A stretch of DNA of 64,000 bases from an uncultured Planctomycetota bacterium. GTDB taxonomy: Bacteria; Planctomycetota; Planctomycetia; Isosphaerales; Isosphaeraceae. A program made the translations under genes and the position numbers. Below, in pieces: positions 9,636 to 22,804 of the stretch (within the stretch, counting starts at the first letter, position 1; each line of letters begins with the position of its first letter). Below the pieces are notes generated by a model. That model had not been told where the DNA came from and did no database searches. It saw nothing but the letters and a program-made list of their open reading frames with translations. The stretch is taken from the NCBI GenBank assembly GCA_963845755.1, contig CAWJTV010000039.1, positions 352,001 through 416,000 on the forward strand, read 5' to 3'.

Positions 9636-10214
9636 CCAATTTTCCCAAGCCGAAGCACAGCAAGGTAGTTACGTCGATACGCCTCCCCCTGTCTGCATAC
9701 GGCCTACACCGATTTGGCCCTGCGCGAGCTTGTCGCCAGGTGGCACGGGCTGACCGCGAATGTCAGGGAAAAGATCATCGAGATGTCGCGGAACAGCGGT
9801 TGACCGGCGCGACCAACTCTCCTGGCACGACCGGCCGGGCCACCGCTCAGATCACGTCAACAGGTCCAGGATCCACGGAGAGCATCACCATCGCCGCCGC
9901 AGAGACGATGACCGCGTCGAACCGAACGCGACGGTGTCGTGGGCCCCAGAGGCGGCGATCGTGGTCCTGTCGCTCACGCTTCCGGCTCGTAGCATTCGCG
10001 CCCGATCTGGTGGAAGACTGTAAGGTTTCGAGCCATTCCGGAATACCCAATCTGGACGGTGGCAGACGCGCACAGGTCTCGCACACGTCAGCAGGGGAAC
10101 CGAGTCTCCGTGCTGTCGACTGTCGTGCGGCTCAGGGTGATCCGTTGCCGCCGCTGCGCACACCGGTGCGCGCTCGCCGGAATTCGAGGCGGTGCCCTCC
10201 GGGAGACTCATTCG

Positions 10215-13200
10215 ATGTTCACTTCACGACGGCCACGCTCTGCCCCTCGCAAACGCCCTCGCCCGCTCTTGGAGACGCTCGAGGACCGCACCCTGCTCTC
10301 CGTTGTCAAATGGACCGGTGCCGACGCGGCCGTCAGCACCAACTGGAGCGACCCCAAGAACTGGAGCTCGGACACGACCCCGGTCGCGGGGGACACGGTC
10401 ATCTTTGGTGACACCGCCCAGAACGATGCCTCGACCGTCGATGCCGCCTACTTGAGTGGCGGCGCCCTCGGCGACCTCCAGATCGACTGGAGTGGCACGA
10501 TTACCATCGACTCCGGCGTGACGCTCGCTGCTCAGAACACCGAGCTCAGCAATGGCACGGTGAACGCAGCCGGCGCCCTCACCGTCACCGGCGGCTTGAC
10601 CTGGTTGAACGGCACGATCAGCGGCACGGGGACCATCAATGCCAACGGCACGCTGGTGCTGGGCGCCGCTGATGGCACGAGTTACGTGGAGGTCTTGAAC
10701 GGCTGCACGCTCAACAACGCCGGCTCGGGCCGTTGGCTCAGTCAAGCCGGCTATTTCGACCAGCAAAACGGCAGCGTCTTCAACAACCTGGCCGGGGCCA
10801 GCCTCACCATCCAGAGTGCTCTTCCCTGGTACAACGACCAGGGCAACAGCACCTTCAACAACGCCGGCAGCGTGACCGAGGCTCTCAGCAGCGGCAAGTC
10901 CACCTTCGACGTGGCGTTTAACAACAGCGGCAGCGTGCTGGTGCAGAGCGGCACGCTGAGTCTCGCAGGCGGGGGCATCGACGGCGACAGCGGCAGCTTC
11001 AGCGTGGCGGCGGGAACGCTGGGGTTCGACGGCGGCACGCCCGCGATCACGACCACGAGCACGGCCAGCATCAGCGGCGCCGGCACCGTGGAGTTCGGAG
11101 ACGGCACCGTCGACATGGCGGGGACGTACAATGTCAGCGGCACGACCCTGGTGGATGGCGGCGCGAATGGCGGCACGGTCACCTTCAGCGGGGCCACGCC
11201 GGCCACGACCCAGAACTTGACGATTACCGGCGGCACGCTCAGCCGCCACGGGTACGGTGAACGTCAGCGGCGCCTTGACCTGGCTGAACGGCACGATCAG
11301 CGGCACGGGGACGCGTCAATGCCAACGGCACGCTGGTGCTGGGCGCCGCTGATGGCAATAGTTACGCGGAGGTCTTGAACGGCGGCACGCTCAACAACGC
11401 CGGCTCGGCGAGCTGGCTCAGTCAAGCCGGCTGTTTCGACCAGCAAAACGCCAGCGTCTTCAACAACCGGGCCGGGGCCAGTCTTCACCATCCAGAGCAC
11501 ACCTACCTGGTACAACGACCAGGGCAACAGCACCTTCAACAACGCCGGCAGCATGACCGAGGCGGTCAGCAGCGGCACGTCAACCCTCGAGGTGGCGTTT
11601 AACAACAGCGGCAGCGTGCTGGTGCAGAGCGGCACGCTGAGTCTCGCAGGCGGGGGCATCGACGGCGCCAGCGGCAGCTTCCGCGTGTCGGCGGGAACGC
11701 TGGGGTTCGACGGCGGCACGCCCGCGATCACGACCACGAGCACGGCCAGCATCAGCGGCGCCGGTACCGTCGAGTTCGGAGACGGCACCGTCGACATGGC
11801 GGGGGCGTACAATGTCAGCGGCACCACCCTGGTGGATGGCGGCGCGAATGGCGGCACGGTCACCTTCAGCGGCGCCACGCCGGCCACCACCCAAAGCTTG
11901 ACGATTACCGGCGGCACGCTCACCGCCACGGGTACGGTGAACGTCAGCGGCGCCTTGACCTGGTTGAACGGCACGATCAGCGGCACGGGGACGCGTCAAT
12001 GCCAACGGCACGCTGGTGCTCGGCGCCGCTGATGGCACGAGTTACGTGGAGGTCTTGAACGGCGGCACGCTCAACAACGCCGGCTCGGGCCGTTGGCTCA
12101 GTCAAGCGGGCTATTTCGACCAGCAAAACGCCAGCGTCTTCAACAACCTGGCCGGGGCCAGCTTCACCATCCAGAGCGACTCTTCCCTGGTACAACGACC
12201 AGGGCAACAGCACCTTCAACAACGCCGGCAGCGTGACCGAGGCGGTCAGCAGCGGCACGACGACTCTTGACGTCGCTTTCAATGATTCGGGCAACTTGCA
12301 GTCCAGTCCGGGACTCTCGCCCTGAGAGCGGCTCGGTCATCGTCAACGGATCGGGACTGCTTTCCTGCGATCCGGGAGCGACCATTACCTTGAGCGGCAA
12401 CCTACTCGGGAACACGCAAGACGCGGACCTGTTCAATCCCCAGGGGACGGTCGTTCTGAGTGGCTCGGGCACGTCCGCAGCTCCCCGAACAACTCGAGGT
12501 CATGAGCGAGGACCTCGGCAATGTGGCCGCCGGTCTTCGTGAACAATTTCGCCTACGGGACCCTGGAACTGGGCAACGGCACCTACGTGCAACTGGTGGA
12601 CCAGGCCCAAAACTCGCCGGGAACCAAGCCCGAAGCCCTCTACGTCGAGAACCTGATCGTCCCCGCGGGATGCACCCTCGATCTCAATGGTTTGGCCGTC
12701 TATGCCCGGGCTTTCGCAAGTCAACGGGACCGTCGTGAACGGCTCGATACACCAGATCCCGCCCGGCGGTTCCCTCGTGCTCGATTCGACTACCCCCGGA
12801 ATCATCAATGGCACTTATCCCACCAATACATGGACCTTCTTTGGCCGGGCCAGAGAAGATGTCAGCGTTGTCGTAAACCCGGGCGATCTCAATATTCCGC
12901 CCGCCCCGTTGCAACCAAACCTCGGCTTTGCCCAGGTCGAGATCGTGGACGCGAGCGGCAACATCCTGGCCTCGGGAACCAGTGCTCAGGCGGGCGCCGA
13001 TGTAAACCTGCTCGGCGTCGCCTTGCCCGCCGATGGAACCTATCGAGTCATCGTTTCCGCTCCATCCGCTGAACCGAGCAGCACGGGAAACTACACGATC
13101 GGCCTTTTCGACGCCACGGCCAGCACGGCCGCCCTGTCGCTCGATCAAACGACTTTATGGGCAGCTCTACACCCCATACCAGGTCAACTTCTGGACGTTC

Positions 13201-16200
13201 TCCGCACTGGCCAACGACCAGGTCAAGTTCCTTCTGCTTGAACGAGTCCAGCTCCGCCATCGAGTTCGACCTGACCGGACCCAACGGGTACACCGCGTTC
13301 ATTGACGCGAATACTAGCTCGGATCTGATCACCTTGCCCACATCCGGAAACTATGTGTTGACGGCGCACAGCGAGCGCCGGCCAGACCGGGGCCTACGCC
13401 TTCGACCTGCAGCCGACATCTCAAACCGGCCTGGTGCTCGGCTCGACGTATCAGGGAACAGTGCAAGGTAGTAACCAGGCCGAGCTGTTTACCGTCACCG
13501 TGCCCAGGCCGGCAGCCAGCTCCTGGTCGATCTGAGCGACGCCTCCAGCGCCGACCAGGACGAGCTGTATCTGAGCCTGGGTACCGCTCCCACGCGCAGC
13601 TCTTACCAGTATCGGGATACAGATCTGGCGTCGGCGAATCAGCAAATCCTGGTACCGTCCGCCGCCGCCGGCACCTGGTACATCCTCCTGTACGCCGCCG
13701 ATGTGCCGGCCCCCAGCCAGTTCGCGCTCGTGGCAACGACCGATTCCATCGTCGTGACCGGTCTCACTCCGGACCATTACGGCACAAACGGCCCCGCGAC
13801 CCTGACGCTGACAGGCGGCGGTTTCGACAGCACGACGACCGTGCAGCTCGTCGGCACGGGCGGGACGACTTACGCTCCCAGCTCGACCTTGCTGGTTTCC
13901 GCCACGCAAATGACCGCATCGTTCGCCGCGGGCGCGGTGCCTCCCGGCCAGTATTCGGTCGAGGTGATGGAGTCTCAAGGGGGCGGTTCGGCGACCTTGC
14001 CCAACAGCTTCACGATGATCCAGGGAGGGCAGGCGGATCTCCAGACCCAGATCATCGTACCCAACCCGGTCGGCCGTCATCTACCGTCGGTCATCTACGT
14101 CGAATACAGCAATACCGGCGATCTGGCCATGCCTGCGCCGGTGCTGGAAGTGACGGCGACAACCTTGAACGGCCTGGAGGGAGCCCTGCTGACGCTCAAT
14201 CCCGCGCTGGCAAACCAGGGGTTTGAAACCGCGACCAATCCAGCGGGTTATGGCCAATCGGTGCAAATCCTGGCCAGCGGTTCGACGCCCGGCATTCTCG
14301 AGCCGGGTGAATCGGAGATGGTGCCGGTCTATGAAGCCGGCTGGCTGTCGTCGCAATGGGCTTCCATCCAACCGTACGTCGATTTCACCCTCACCTCCTA
14401 CACCGCCGACGATACCGCCGCCATCGATTGGAGCTCGCTCGAGGACAGCCTGCAGCCTCCGACGATCTCCGCGGCAGCCTGGAACATCATTTACCCGAAC
14501 CTGACCGCGGAAATCGGCAACACCTGGGGCGACTATGTCTCCAGCCTCGACAACGCCGCCGCTTTCTTCGGTTTTGGGGGGCAGAACGTCCAGGACGTGT
14601 CCCAGCTCTGGCAGTACGAAGTTGCAACAGGCCAGTGACGCAACCGGGGCGCCGGTCGAGTGGACGCAGGATCTGCAGGCGCCGGCCACGGGCCTTGCTC
14701 CCGCCATCGACCGGGCCTTTGTCAACTCGATCAACGGCAGAGAGCAGGTCGGCCCCTTTGGCGCCGGCTGGGTATGGACCAACGGCTTCGGCTTGACGCT
14801 GGCAACGCTGCCGGACGGCGACGTGACCATCACGGGAGACGGCGGTTCCGAAACATTCGAGTATTACTTCTACCACTATGTCTCCACGGCCGGTGACGGC
14901 AGCACCTTGACCGCGAATGACGGCGGCGGCTTTACTCTGCACGAGGCCGGTGGCCAGGTCATCGGGTTTGCCGCCAACGGCACCGAAAGCTACGTGACTG
15001 ACGCCACCGACGACACGGTTACCGCCGGCTATACCAACGGCCTGCTCACAAGCCTGACCGCCCCCTCGGGCGCGAACGTGCAGATCACGTACAATACGGC
15101 CGGCCGAATCATCTCCGTCACCAGCTCCACGGGACAGACCGCGACTTACTCCTATGATCCGACAAATACCTATCTAACCAGCGTCGCCGGCCCGGATGGC
15201 AAATTGTCATACACCTACGTCCCCGCCACCGGCACTCCGAGCGACAATGCCTTGCTGTCCGTGCAGTACCCTGACGGAAAGCAAGATCTTTACACCTATA
15301 ATTCCCAGGGCCAGCTCGCGACCTTCGAGAGCGGCTATACGGTCAGCGGTCAAGTTGCGGACGGGTCTGGCAGCCCGATTGCTGGAGCGACGGTCACGCT
15401 TTACTCGGAAGCTAACGACCAGATTCAATTCAGCGGCACGACTCAGTCTAATGGCAGCTACCAGATTCCAGGCGTGCCCACCGGAACCTATGACCTCGTG
15501 GTGCTCGCCAATGGCTTCCTGGCAGGAATCACCACGGGGATGACGGTCGCCGGCACGACGGCCAACGGTTCGAGCAAGCTGGTGACCAGCACGACGATGG
15601 TGACCGGCACGGTGGTCGATTCCAACGGCAATGTCATCTCCGGTGCAAACGTCACCATTCTCGATAGTGTGGGGCGAACGATCGGCACGGCCGTCGCCGC
15701 TACCGATGGCTCATTCGTCATCACGACCGCATCAGGAAACAACCTGACCTTGCAAATCTTGGTGCCTGGAAGCAATGCACCCAAACGGCAAACCGTCTCG
15801 ATTCCCGTTGGCACCACGGTCCAGCTTGGAAAGATCGACCCTAGTGCTTTGGATTTTCTTCAGGCATACTTATATGAGGAGCCACAGTTGCCTTTGCCAC
15901 CCGTGCCACCCCAAGGGCCGGGATGTTGTGGGGCCGCTGCGCAGCAAGTGCAAGCCATGGACAATGTAGCGAATAGCGCTTGGGACGATTATGAGAGTGC
16001 CTCCAGAGCACTTACCTATGATTACAATGTGAATGAGCCTGTGATATTGCTTCAAGCCGCCCAGGTCGCCGGGGATGTAGCTCAACTGCTCTCGGGTTTT
16101 AGCGCGGAACTGAAATTGTTCGAGATCGCGGCGAGTACAGTGAATACCTTGATTGGTCTCGCTGGCGACCTGGTAGGTCTGATTACGGATCTGTTCGCCG

Positions 16201-18128
16201 ATCCGTCACGCCTAACGGCGATTACGACCATCAATGATATGGTCGCCACGTCAGGCGACATTGTCACGGCAATGCAGGGCGTGGCCGACTCACTGGGGTC
16301 AAAGGTGGTCGCGGGATTGACTGCGCTGATCAGCGCCGGTGTCAACACCTATAATGCAATTCAACAGTTTTCCAACACCGTGGACTCTTTGAATACGTTT
16401 TATCTTACGGCAACTCACGATTATCAAAGATACGAGTCCTATGTGGCTGCGGCCGACGCACTTTATCAGGCGTACCTGGATTGCGAAGCAGCGAACACAA
16501 CGGGAGATTGCCAGCCTCCGCCGCCCCCGCCTCCGCCGCCGCCAGCGCCTCCTCCCGGCCCGGGGGGCGGCAATCCGGGCGGCAGTGGAGATGAGTCCCC
16601 GGTAGGTTCCCAGGACCCCAACGCTCTCATTGGCCCCGTCGGCTATGGACCATCCAGTTTCGTCGCCGACACCGCCACTTTGCCCTACCGGATTGACTTT
16701 GAGAATGCCGAGACGGCCACCGCACCGGCACAGAGCGTCTCCATTACCGACCAGCTCGATCCGAATCTGGACTGGTCGACGTTCCAGCTCACCGGTATCG
16801 GTTTCGGCTTCACCAACGTCGTGATTCCAGGGGATTCCCAGTATTACCAGACCACGGTCTCAACAACGGACGACGGCCAGACATTTAACGTGGACATCAC
16901 CGCCAGCCTGAACCCCGCGACCGGCCTCTTGACCGTGGCGTTCCAATCCATCGACCCGAACACCAATCTGCCGCCGACCAACCCTCTGACCGGCTTCTTG
17001 CCCCCTGAGAACGGCACCGGCATTGGCGACGGCTACGTCAGTTTCTTGATCGATCCCAAGAGCAAGCTGCCCACGGGCGCGCAAATTCGCAACGTGGCCT
17101 TGATCAGCTTCGACGGCGCCCCGACCATTGCCACCGACCAGGTTAACGACGACGACCCGAGCCAGGGTGTAGACCCGACCAAGCAAGTCCTGGTTACCAT
17201 CGACGCGACGGTTCCCACCAGCGCGGTCACGTCGCTGCCGGCGACGACGACCAGTCCGAGCTTCAGCGTCGCCTGGTCCGGCTCCGATGGCGCCGGTTCC
17301 GGGATCGCCGGTTACAACGTCTTCGTCTCCACCGACGGCGGGCCGTTCAACCCGTTCCTGACCGACACGACCGCGACCTCGGCAACCTTCACCGGGGCGT
17401 CCGGCGACACTTACGCGTTTTACAGCGTCGCGACCAGCAACGCCGGTATCGTCCAGCCGACGCCGAGCGTTGCCCAGGCGACGACCACGGTCACACTTCC
17501 GACGCCGACACCAACACCGACGCCGACACCAACCCCAACGCCGACCCCGACGCCAACGTCTACGCCGCCCCCGGTGATCGTCACGTCGGTGCACTGGGAA
17601 ATCATCAAGGTCAAGGCCGGCAACGGTAAGAAAGCCAGGACGAAGTCCGAAACGGCGCTCGAGATCGAGTTCAGCGGGCTCGTCACGGGCAGCGGCGATC
17701 TGGCGGCCTATCAGCTCTCGAGCGTCACAACGAAGAAGGTCAAGAAGAAGGCCGTCGCGACCGACAAGCCGATCCGGCTGACTTCGGCCCTGCCGGCTTC
17801 GAACCCCATGACCTCGTCGGTTTCGCTCGTGCCCGCGGCCAAGCCGAAGCTCGGGCAGACGGATCGGCTCGAAATCGTCGCGGCCGATCTGACCGATGCC
17901 TTGGGGCGTGCCTTGGACGGCAATGACGATGGCTCGCCGGGCGGCGACTTCGTGGCGACGTTCGGCGGAAGTGGTGTGAGCAGCGACGTGGTGGAGCTGG
18001 CTCGCGCCGAGGCGAGGCGACCGGCGAAAACAGACGTCATCGATAGGTTGCTCGCGGCCGGTGAGTTGAGCATCGCGAGACGCGCCGTTCATCCGGGGTT
18101 TGATTTGTCTCGTCGTTTCCGGCGATGA
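10215..18128 (+). CDS. Giant secreted multidomain protein (planctomycete extracellular motif, beta-helix repeats, PPC-like, IPT-like, YD repeats, carboxypeptidase-regulatory-like, DPN domain, FN3-like); many indel frameshifts
   Basis: RBS GGGAGA, N-terminal RPLLETLEDRTLLS, continuous G/T/S/N-rich coding across frames, YD-type repeats (TYNTAGRIISVT, TYSYDP), GSQDPNALIGPVGYG and a (PT)n linker. Confidence 0.8.
10596..12290 (+). repeat. Intragenic ~678-bp (226-aa) tandem repeat, ~2.5 copies
   Basis: TTGACCTGG(T/C)TGAACGGCACGATCAGCGGC recurs at 10596, 11275 and 11955 with near-identical downstream sequence. Confidence 0.9.
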
Positions 18129-18165
18129 TGGTGCTGGGTTTGAGCGAAGGAGGGCGGATCGATAA

Positions 18166-18843
18166 GTGATGATACCCGAGCGAACCCAGAACCAGTCCGC
18201 GGCCGCCGGAGCGGCCACTTCCGAGGCGGAAGTGGAGGCGCTCCTGGTCCGTGCCGGGCAAGGCGACGCTGCGGCGCGCGACGAGCTGCTCGCCCGCCAC
18301 CGGGCGCGGCTGTGGCGGATGATCGCGGTGCGACTCGACCGCCGCATGGCAGCGCGGGTCGACGCATCCGACATCGTGCAGGATGCCCTCACCGAGGCCG
18401 CCGGACGCTTGAGTGATTACGTCAGCAGCCGGCCCTTGCCGTTCTATCCCTGGCTCCGGCACATTGCCTGGCAGCATTTGAGCAAGTGCCAGAGGCGGCA
18501 CATCAGTACGCGGCGTCGCAGCGTGGCGCGCGAGCAGCGCGCAGGAGCCGATTCGACCGAGGCATCGAGTACGCAACTGGCGGAGCTTCTGGTCGCCGAC
18601 GACACCAGCCCCAGCGGCCGCGCCATCCGCGGCGAAGAGCGCCAGCGGGTCCAGGCGGCGCTGGCGCTCCTGCCGCCTCGCGACCACGAGGTCCTCGTGC
18701 TCCGCCATCTCGAGCAGCTCTCGCCCGGCGAGATTGCCGCCGTCCTCGGTCTGTCGGTCGGGGCTGTCATGACGCGGCACACCCGCGCGCTCGAGCGCCT
18801 GCGCGGCTTGCTGGAGCTGGGCCAAGCGGAGGAACGACCATGA
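18166..18843 (+). CDS. ECF sigma-70 factor (planctomycete kinase-associated type)
   Basis: Region 2 (RVDASDIVQDAL...FYPWLRHIA) and region 4 (LPPRDHEVLVLRHLEQLSPGEIAAVLG); stop overlaps the next ATG (ATGA). Confidence 0.92.
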   Translation: MMIPERTQNQSAAAGAATSEAEVEALLVRAGQGDAAARDELLARHRARLWRMIAVRLDRRMAARVDASDIVQDALTEAAGRLSDYVSSRPLPFYPWLRHIAWQHLSKCQRRHISTRRRSVAREQRAGADSTEASSTQLAELLVADDTSPSGRAIRGEERQRVQAALALLPPRDHEVLVLRHLEQLSPGEIAAVLGLSVGAVMTRHTRALERLRGLLELGQAEERP

Positions 18844-21800
18844 CGGGCGACCCACCCGAAATCGAGACCGGCTCGCGGCCGGCGAGCACTCAGAGTCTGT
18901 TCCCGAAGGGCGAGCGGGGGGCGTCAGCCCCCTGTCTTGGAGGTCCGTCGCTCACCGGACAGAGGGCTGACGCCCCCCGCTCGCCCGGACCGGCCCCTTC
19001 GGGAATAGACTCTCAGTCGGCGGCGTGCGCCGACCGAGAGGCGGCCTCGAGCCCCGACCTCGACGGAACCGCGACCGCCAATGACCCGGTCTTGAACCGG
19101 CTGGTCGAGGAACTGACCGAGAAGCTCCAGGCGGGGGAGCGGGTCGACCTGTCGGCATACGTCGCGCGGTTCCCCGAACAGGCCGACCGTCTGAGACGCC
19201 TGTGGCCGGCCTTACGGATGATGGCCAACATGAGCCAATCGGCCGTCCTCGACATCCAGCGCGACAACCGGGCAAATTCCGTCGACGAGCCGCTACCCGA
19301 GCTGGGGGATTATCAGTTGCTGCGCGAGGTCGGCCGCGGGGGCATGGGCGTCGTCTACGAGGCGAGGCAGGTCTCACTCGGGCGGCGCGTCGCCCTCAAG
19401 GTGCTGCCGTTCGCCGCGGCCCTCGATAAGAGCCAGCTCGAGCGGTTCCGCACCGAGGCCCACGCCGCCGCTCAACTGCACCACACCAACATCGTGCCGG
19501 TCTTCTCGGTCGGCTGCGAACGGGGCGTGCACTACTACGCCATGCAGTTCATCGACGGCCGGACCCTCGCCCAGATCATCCACGAGCAACGGCAGGACGA
19601 CCCCCTGGAGCTCGAGACCTCCCGACCTTTGTCGCGCACGACCACTTTCGGCTCGACCGGTCAGCGTGCGCGGTTCCGGCTGGTCGCCGAGCTGGGAATC
19701 CAGGCTGCCGAGGCGCTGGACTACGCCCATCGCCTCGGGATCGTCCATCGCGACATCAAGCCCGCCAACCTGCTGCTCGATGTGCGCGGCAACCTCTGGG
19801 TCACCGACTTCGGCCTGGCGCGGTTCCAGGACGAGGCGGGCCTGACCATGACCGGTGATGTCCTGGGAACACTGCGATACATGAGCCCCGAGCAAGCGCT
19901 GGCCCACCGGGGCGCGGTTGACCATCGCACCGACATCTACGCGCTCGGGGTGACTCTCTACGAGCTCTCGACGCTCCGCCCCGCCGTCGCCGGCACCGAT
20001 CGCCAGGAGCTGCTTCGGCGCATTGCGCAGGAAGAACCGATCGCCCCGCGGCGGCTCGACCTGGCGATTCCCCGCGAGCTCGAAACGATCCTCTTGAAGG
20101 CAATGGCCAAGGAGCAGACGACCCGTTACGCGACCCGCGCGAGCTGGCCGATGATTTGCGGCGCTTCCTCGAGGACAGGCCGATCCGTGCCCAGCGGCCG
20201 ACCTTATGGCAGCACGTCGTCAAGTGGGCACGGCGGCATCCGTCGGTCGTCGCCACGACCTTGATCGTGCTGGCGCTCTTGCTGGCCGGTTCGTCGCTGG
20301 CGACGGCGCTGGTCTGGCGCGAGCAGGCGCGGACCAGGACGGCGCTGGCGGCCGAATCGCTCCTGCGCGCCGAGGCGGTCGAGCGCGAGCGGGTCATACG
20401 CCGGCATCTCTATGCAGCCGAGATGAATCTGGCCCATCAGGCCTGGGACCTGGGCAACGTGGCCTACGCCCTGGACATCCTCGAGCGGCAACGGCCGGCC
20501 GCCGGCAAGGAGGACCTGCGCGGCTTCGAGTGGGGCTACCTCTGGCAGCTCTGCGGCGGCAGCCGGCAGCAAGGTTTGGCCCTGCACAGGCGACCCATCG
20601 GCCGACTCGCCTACTCTGCCGACGGCGCCCTGCTCGCGTCGGGGGCCGCCGACGGCACGATCGCGCTATCGGCGCTCGGCGAGCCCGGCCCGCGCCATTT
20701 TCTCCACGCGCACCGCGGGCCGGTCACGGCCCTGAGGTTTGCTTGTGATGGCAAGCTCCTGGCGTCGGCATCCTCGGGCGAGGACCACTCGGTCGCGGTG
20801 TGGGACCCGGCCACCGGGCGGGAACGCTGGCGCCGGGAGGCCCCGTCGCAGTCGGTCCGAGACGTCGCACTGGCGCCGGATGGCCGCACGATCGTGACGC
20901 TCGGCGAGCGTGCTGCGACCGTCTGGGACGCGGCCACCGGAGAAATCCAGCGCCGGATTCCGCTCCCTGAAGACTCCGACCTGGCCATGGCGCTGGCGCC
21001 CGACGGCCGGTCACTGGTCACCGGTGGGACTGCCAACGAGCCGTCGCTCTGGGACCTGGCCAACGGCAAAAGGCTCCGGCGGTTCGCCGGGCTGAACGGC
21101 GGGTCCAGCGCCCTGGCGTTTGCTCCCGACGGCCAGACCCTGGCGGCGGGAGGCGCCGGCTGGACGGTCATGCTTTGGGACGTGGCGTCCGGCGACATGC
21201 GCATTGCGCTGGGCGGCGATGCCGGCGGCGCCGGGCTGATTGCCTTTGCCGCCAACGGCCAGACGCTCGGGGTCCTTCAACACGCCCACTGCGTGACGCT
21301 CTGGGACCTGGGGCGAGGTCGAGTGCTTTCTCTCGGCGTTGCAGACAGCGTGCGGACCGCAGCCCTTGCGCCCGACGGCCAAACCTTCGCCCTGGGTCGC
21401 GACGACGGGACGGTTCCGCTCTGGACCACCGCTCCACTGTCCCCTTCGGTCGCGCTCGACGTTCCCGCCCGGCAGGGGCTCTCGCTCGCATTCGCCGCGG
21501 ATTCGGCCACGCTCGTGAGCGGCACCATCGACGGCACCATCACCCTTTGGGACGTGTCCCGGGCCCGCCCCCGGCGAGTGCTCGCCACGCTCGACACGCC
21601 GATCATGGCCCTGGCCTGTTCACCCGACGGCAAGCGTCTCGCGGCGGGATGCCGGGACAAGACCGTGCGCGTCTGGGACGCCGCCACCGGCCACGAGCCG
21701 GCCGTGCTCCGCGGCCACGAGCAACCGGTCGAATGCGTCGCGTTCTCGCCCGACGGCCGCTCGTTGGCCTCCGGCAGCCGGGACCGCACGGTGCGAATCT

Positions 21801-22804
21801 GGAACACCGCAACCTGCCGGGAGGAGGTCGTTTTCCGCGGGTTGTCGGGCACTGTGCTCGCGTTGGCGTTCTTTCCCGATGGAAAGTCAGTGGCCAGCGC
21901 GGACGACGGCGCTCTTGTCCATATCTGGGACCTGGTTGCACGGCGGGAAGCGCGGAGCTTGTCCCTTTCCGCTGGGTCGCAGGTCCGGGCCGTTTCGATC
22001 GCTCCCGATGGACGAGACCTGGCTACCGGCCTGGCGGGTGGTTCGCTCAAGGTGTGGGATGCCGCATCCGGCCGCGAACGTCTCAGCCTCGCTGGCCATC
22101 GCTTCTCGCCCCGGACCCTCGCTTTTTTCCCGCACGGCGACGTGCTCGCATCAGGGAGCGTCGACGGGACCGTGCGCCTCTGGGACCTGGTGATCGGCCG
22201 GGCGCGGGCGACGCTCAAGGTCCCCAGCGGCATGGTCAAGTTGGTCGCCGTCAGCCCGGACGGCCAGGTGCTGGCGACCATCGCCGCCGATGGGTCGGTC
22301 CGGCTCTGGTCGGCCGGTGTCCACGCCTGGCCGCGCCCTCCGGAGACCGACCGCGACGTGCCCGGAGATGCGAATACCCTGTCATTGTCCAATAACCTCG
22401 CCTGGGCGCTGGCGACATGCCCCGATCTCGGCTTGCGCAATCCGCCTCGTGCCGTTGCCCTGGCGCAATCGATCGTCCGGCACGCGCCCCTGGAAGGGTT
22501 GTACTGGAATACCTTGGGAGTCGCCTATTGCCGCGCCGGCGACTGGAACGCTGCCCACGCCGCTCTGGAGCGATCGATGCAGCTTCGCAGCGGCGGCGAC
22601 AGCCACGATTGGTTCTTCCTGGCAATGGCCTGCTGGAACCGCGGCGACCGCAAGCAAGCCCTCACCTGGCTCGAGCGCGCCGAGCGCTGGATGGACAAGG
22701 ACCGGCCACACGACCACGAGCTCAAGCGCTTTCGTGCCGAGGCCGTTGCCCTGATCAAGTCGCCAGCCCCGCCGCCGTCCACCGGCTCAGCACAAGAACG
22801 CTAA
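18840..22804 (+). CDS. Ser/Thr kinase-TM-WD40-TPR protein (frameshift ~20135)
   Basis: VGRGGMGVV, HRDIKPAN, DFG, GTLRYMSPE; TM helix; DLRGFEW motif; many WD repeats; NNLAW...YWNTLGVAY TPR tail. Confidence 0.9.
18893..19012. mobile_element. 120-bp MITE inserted in frame in the kinase N-terminus
   Basis: Terminal IR GAGTCTGTTCCCGAAGGG...CCCTTCGGGAATAGACTC, TCA duplicated at 18890-18892 and 19013-19015, and an internal long palindrome. Confidence 0.85.
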
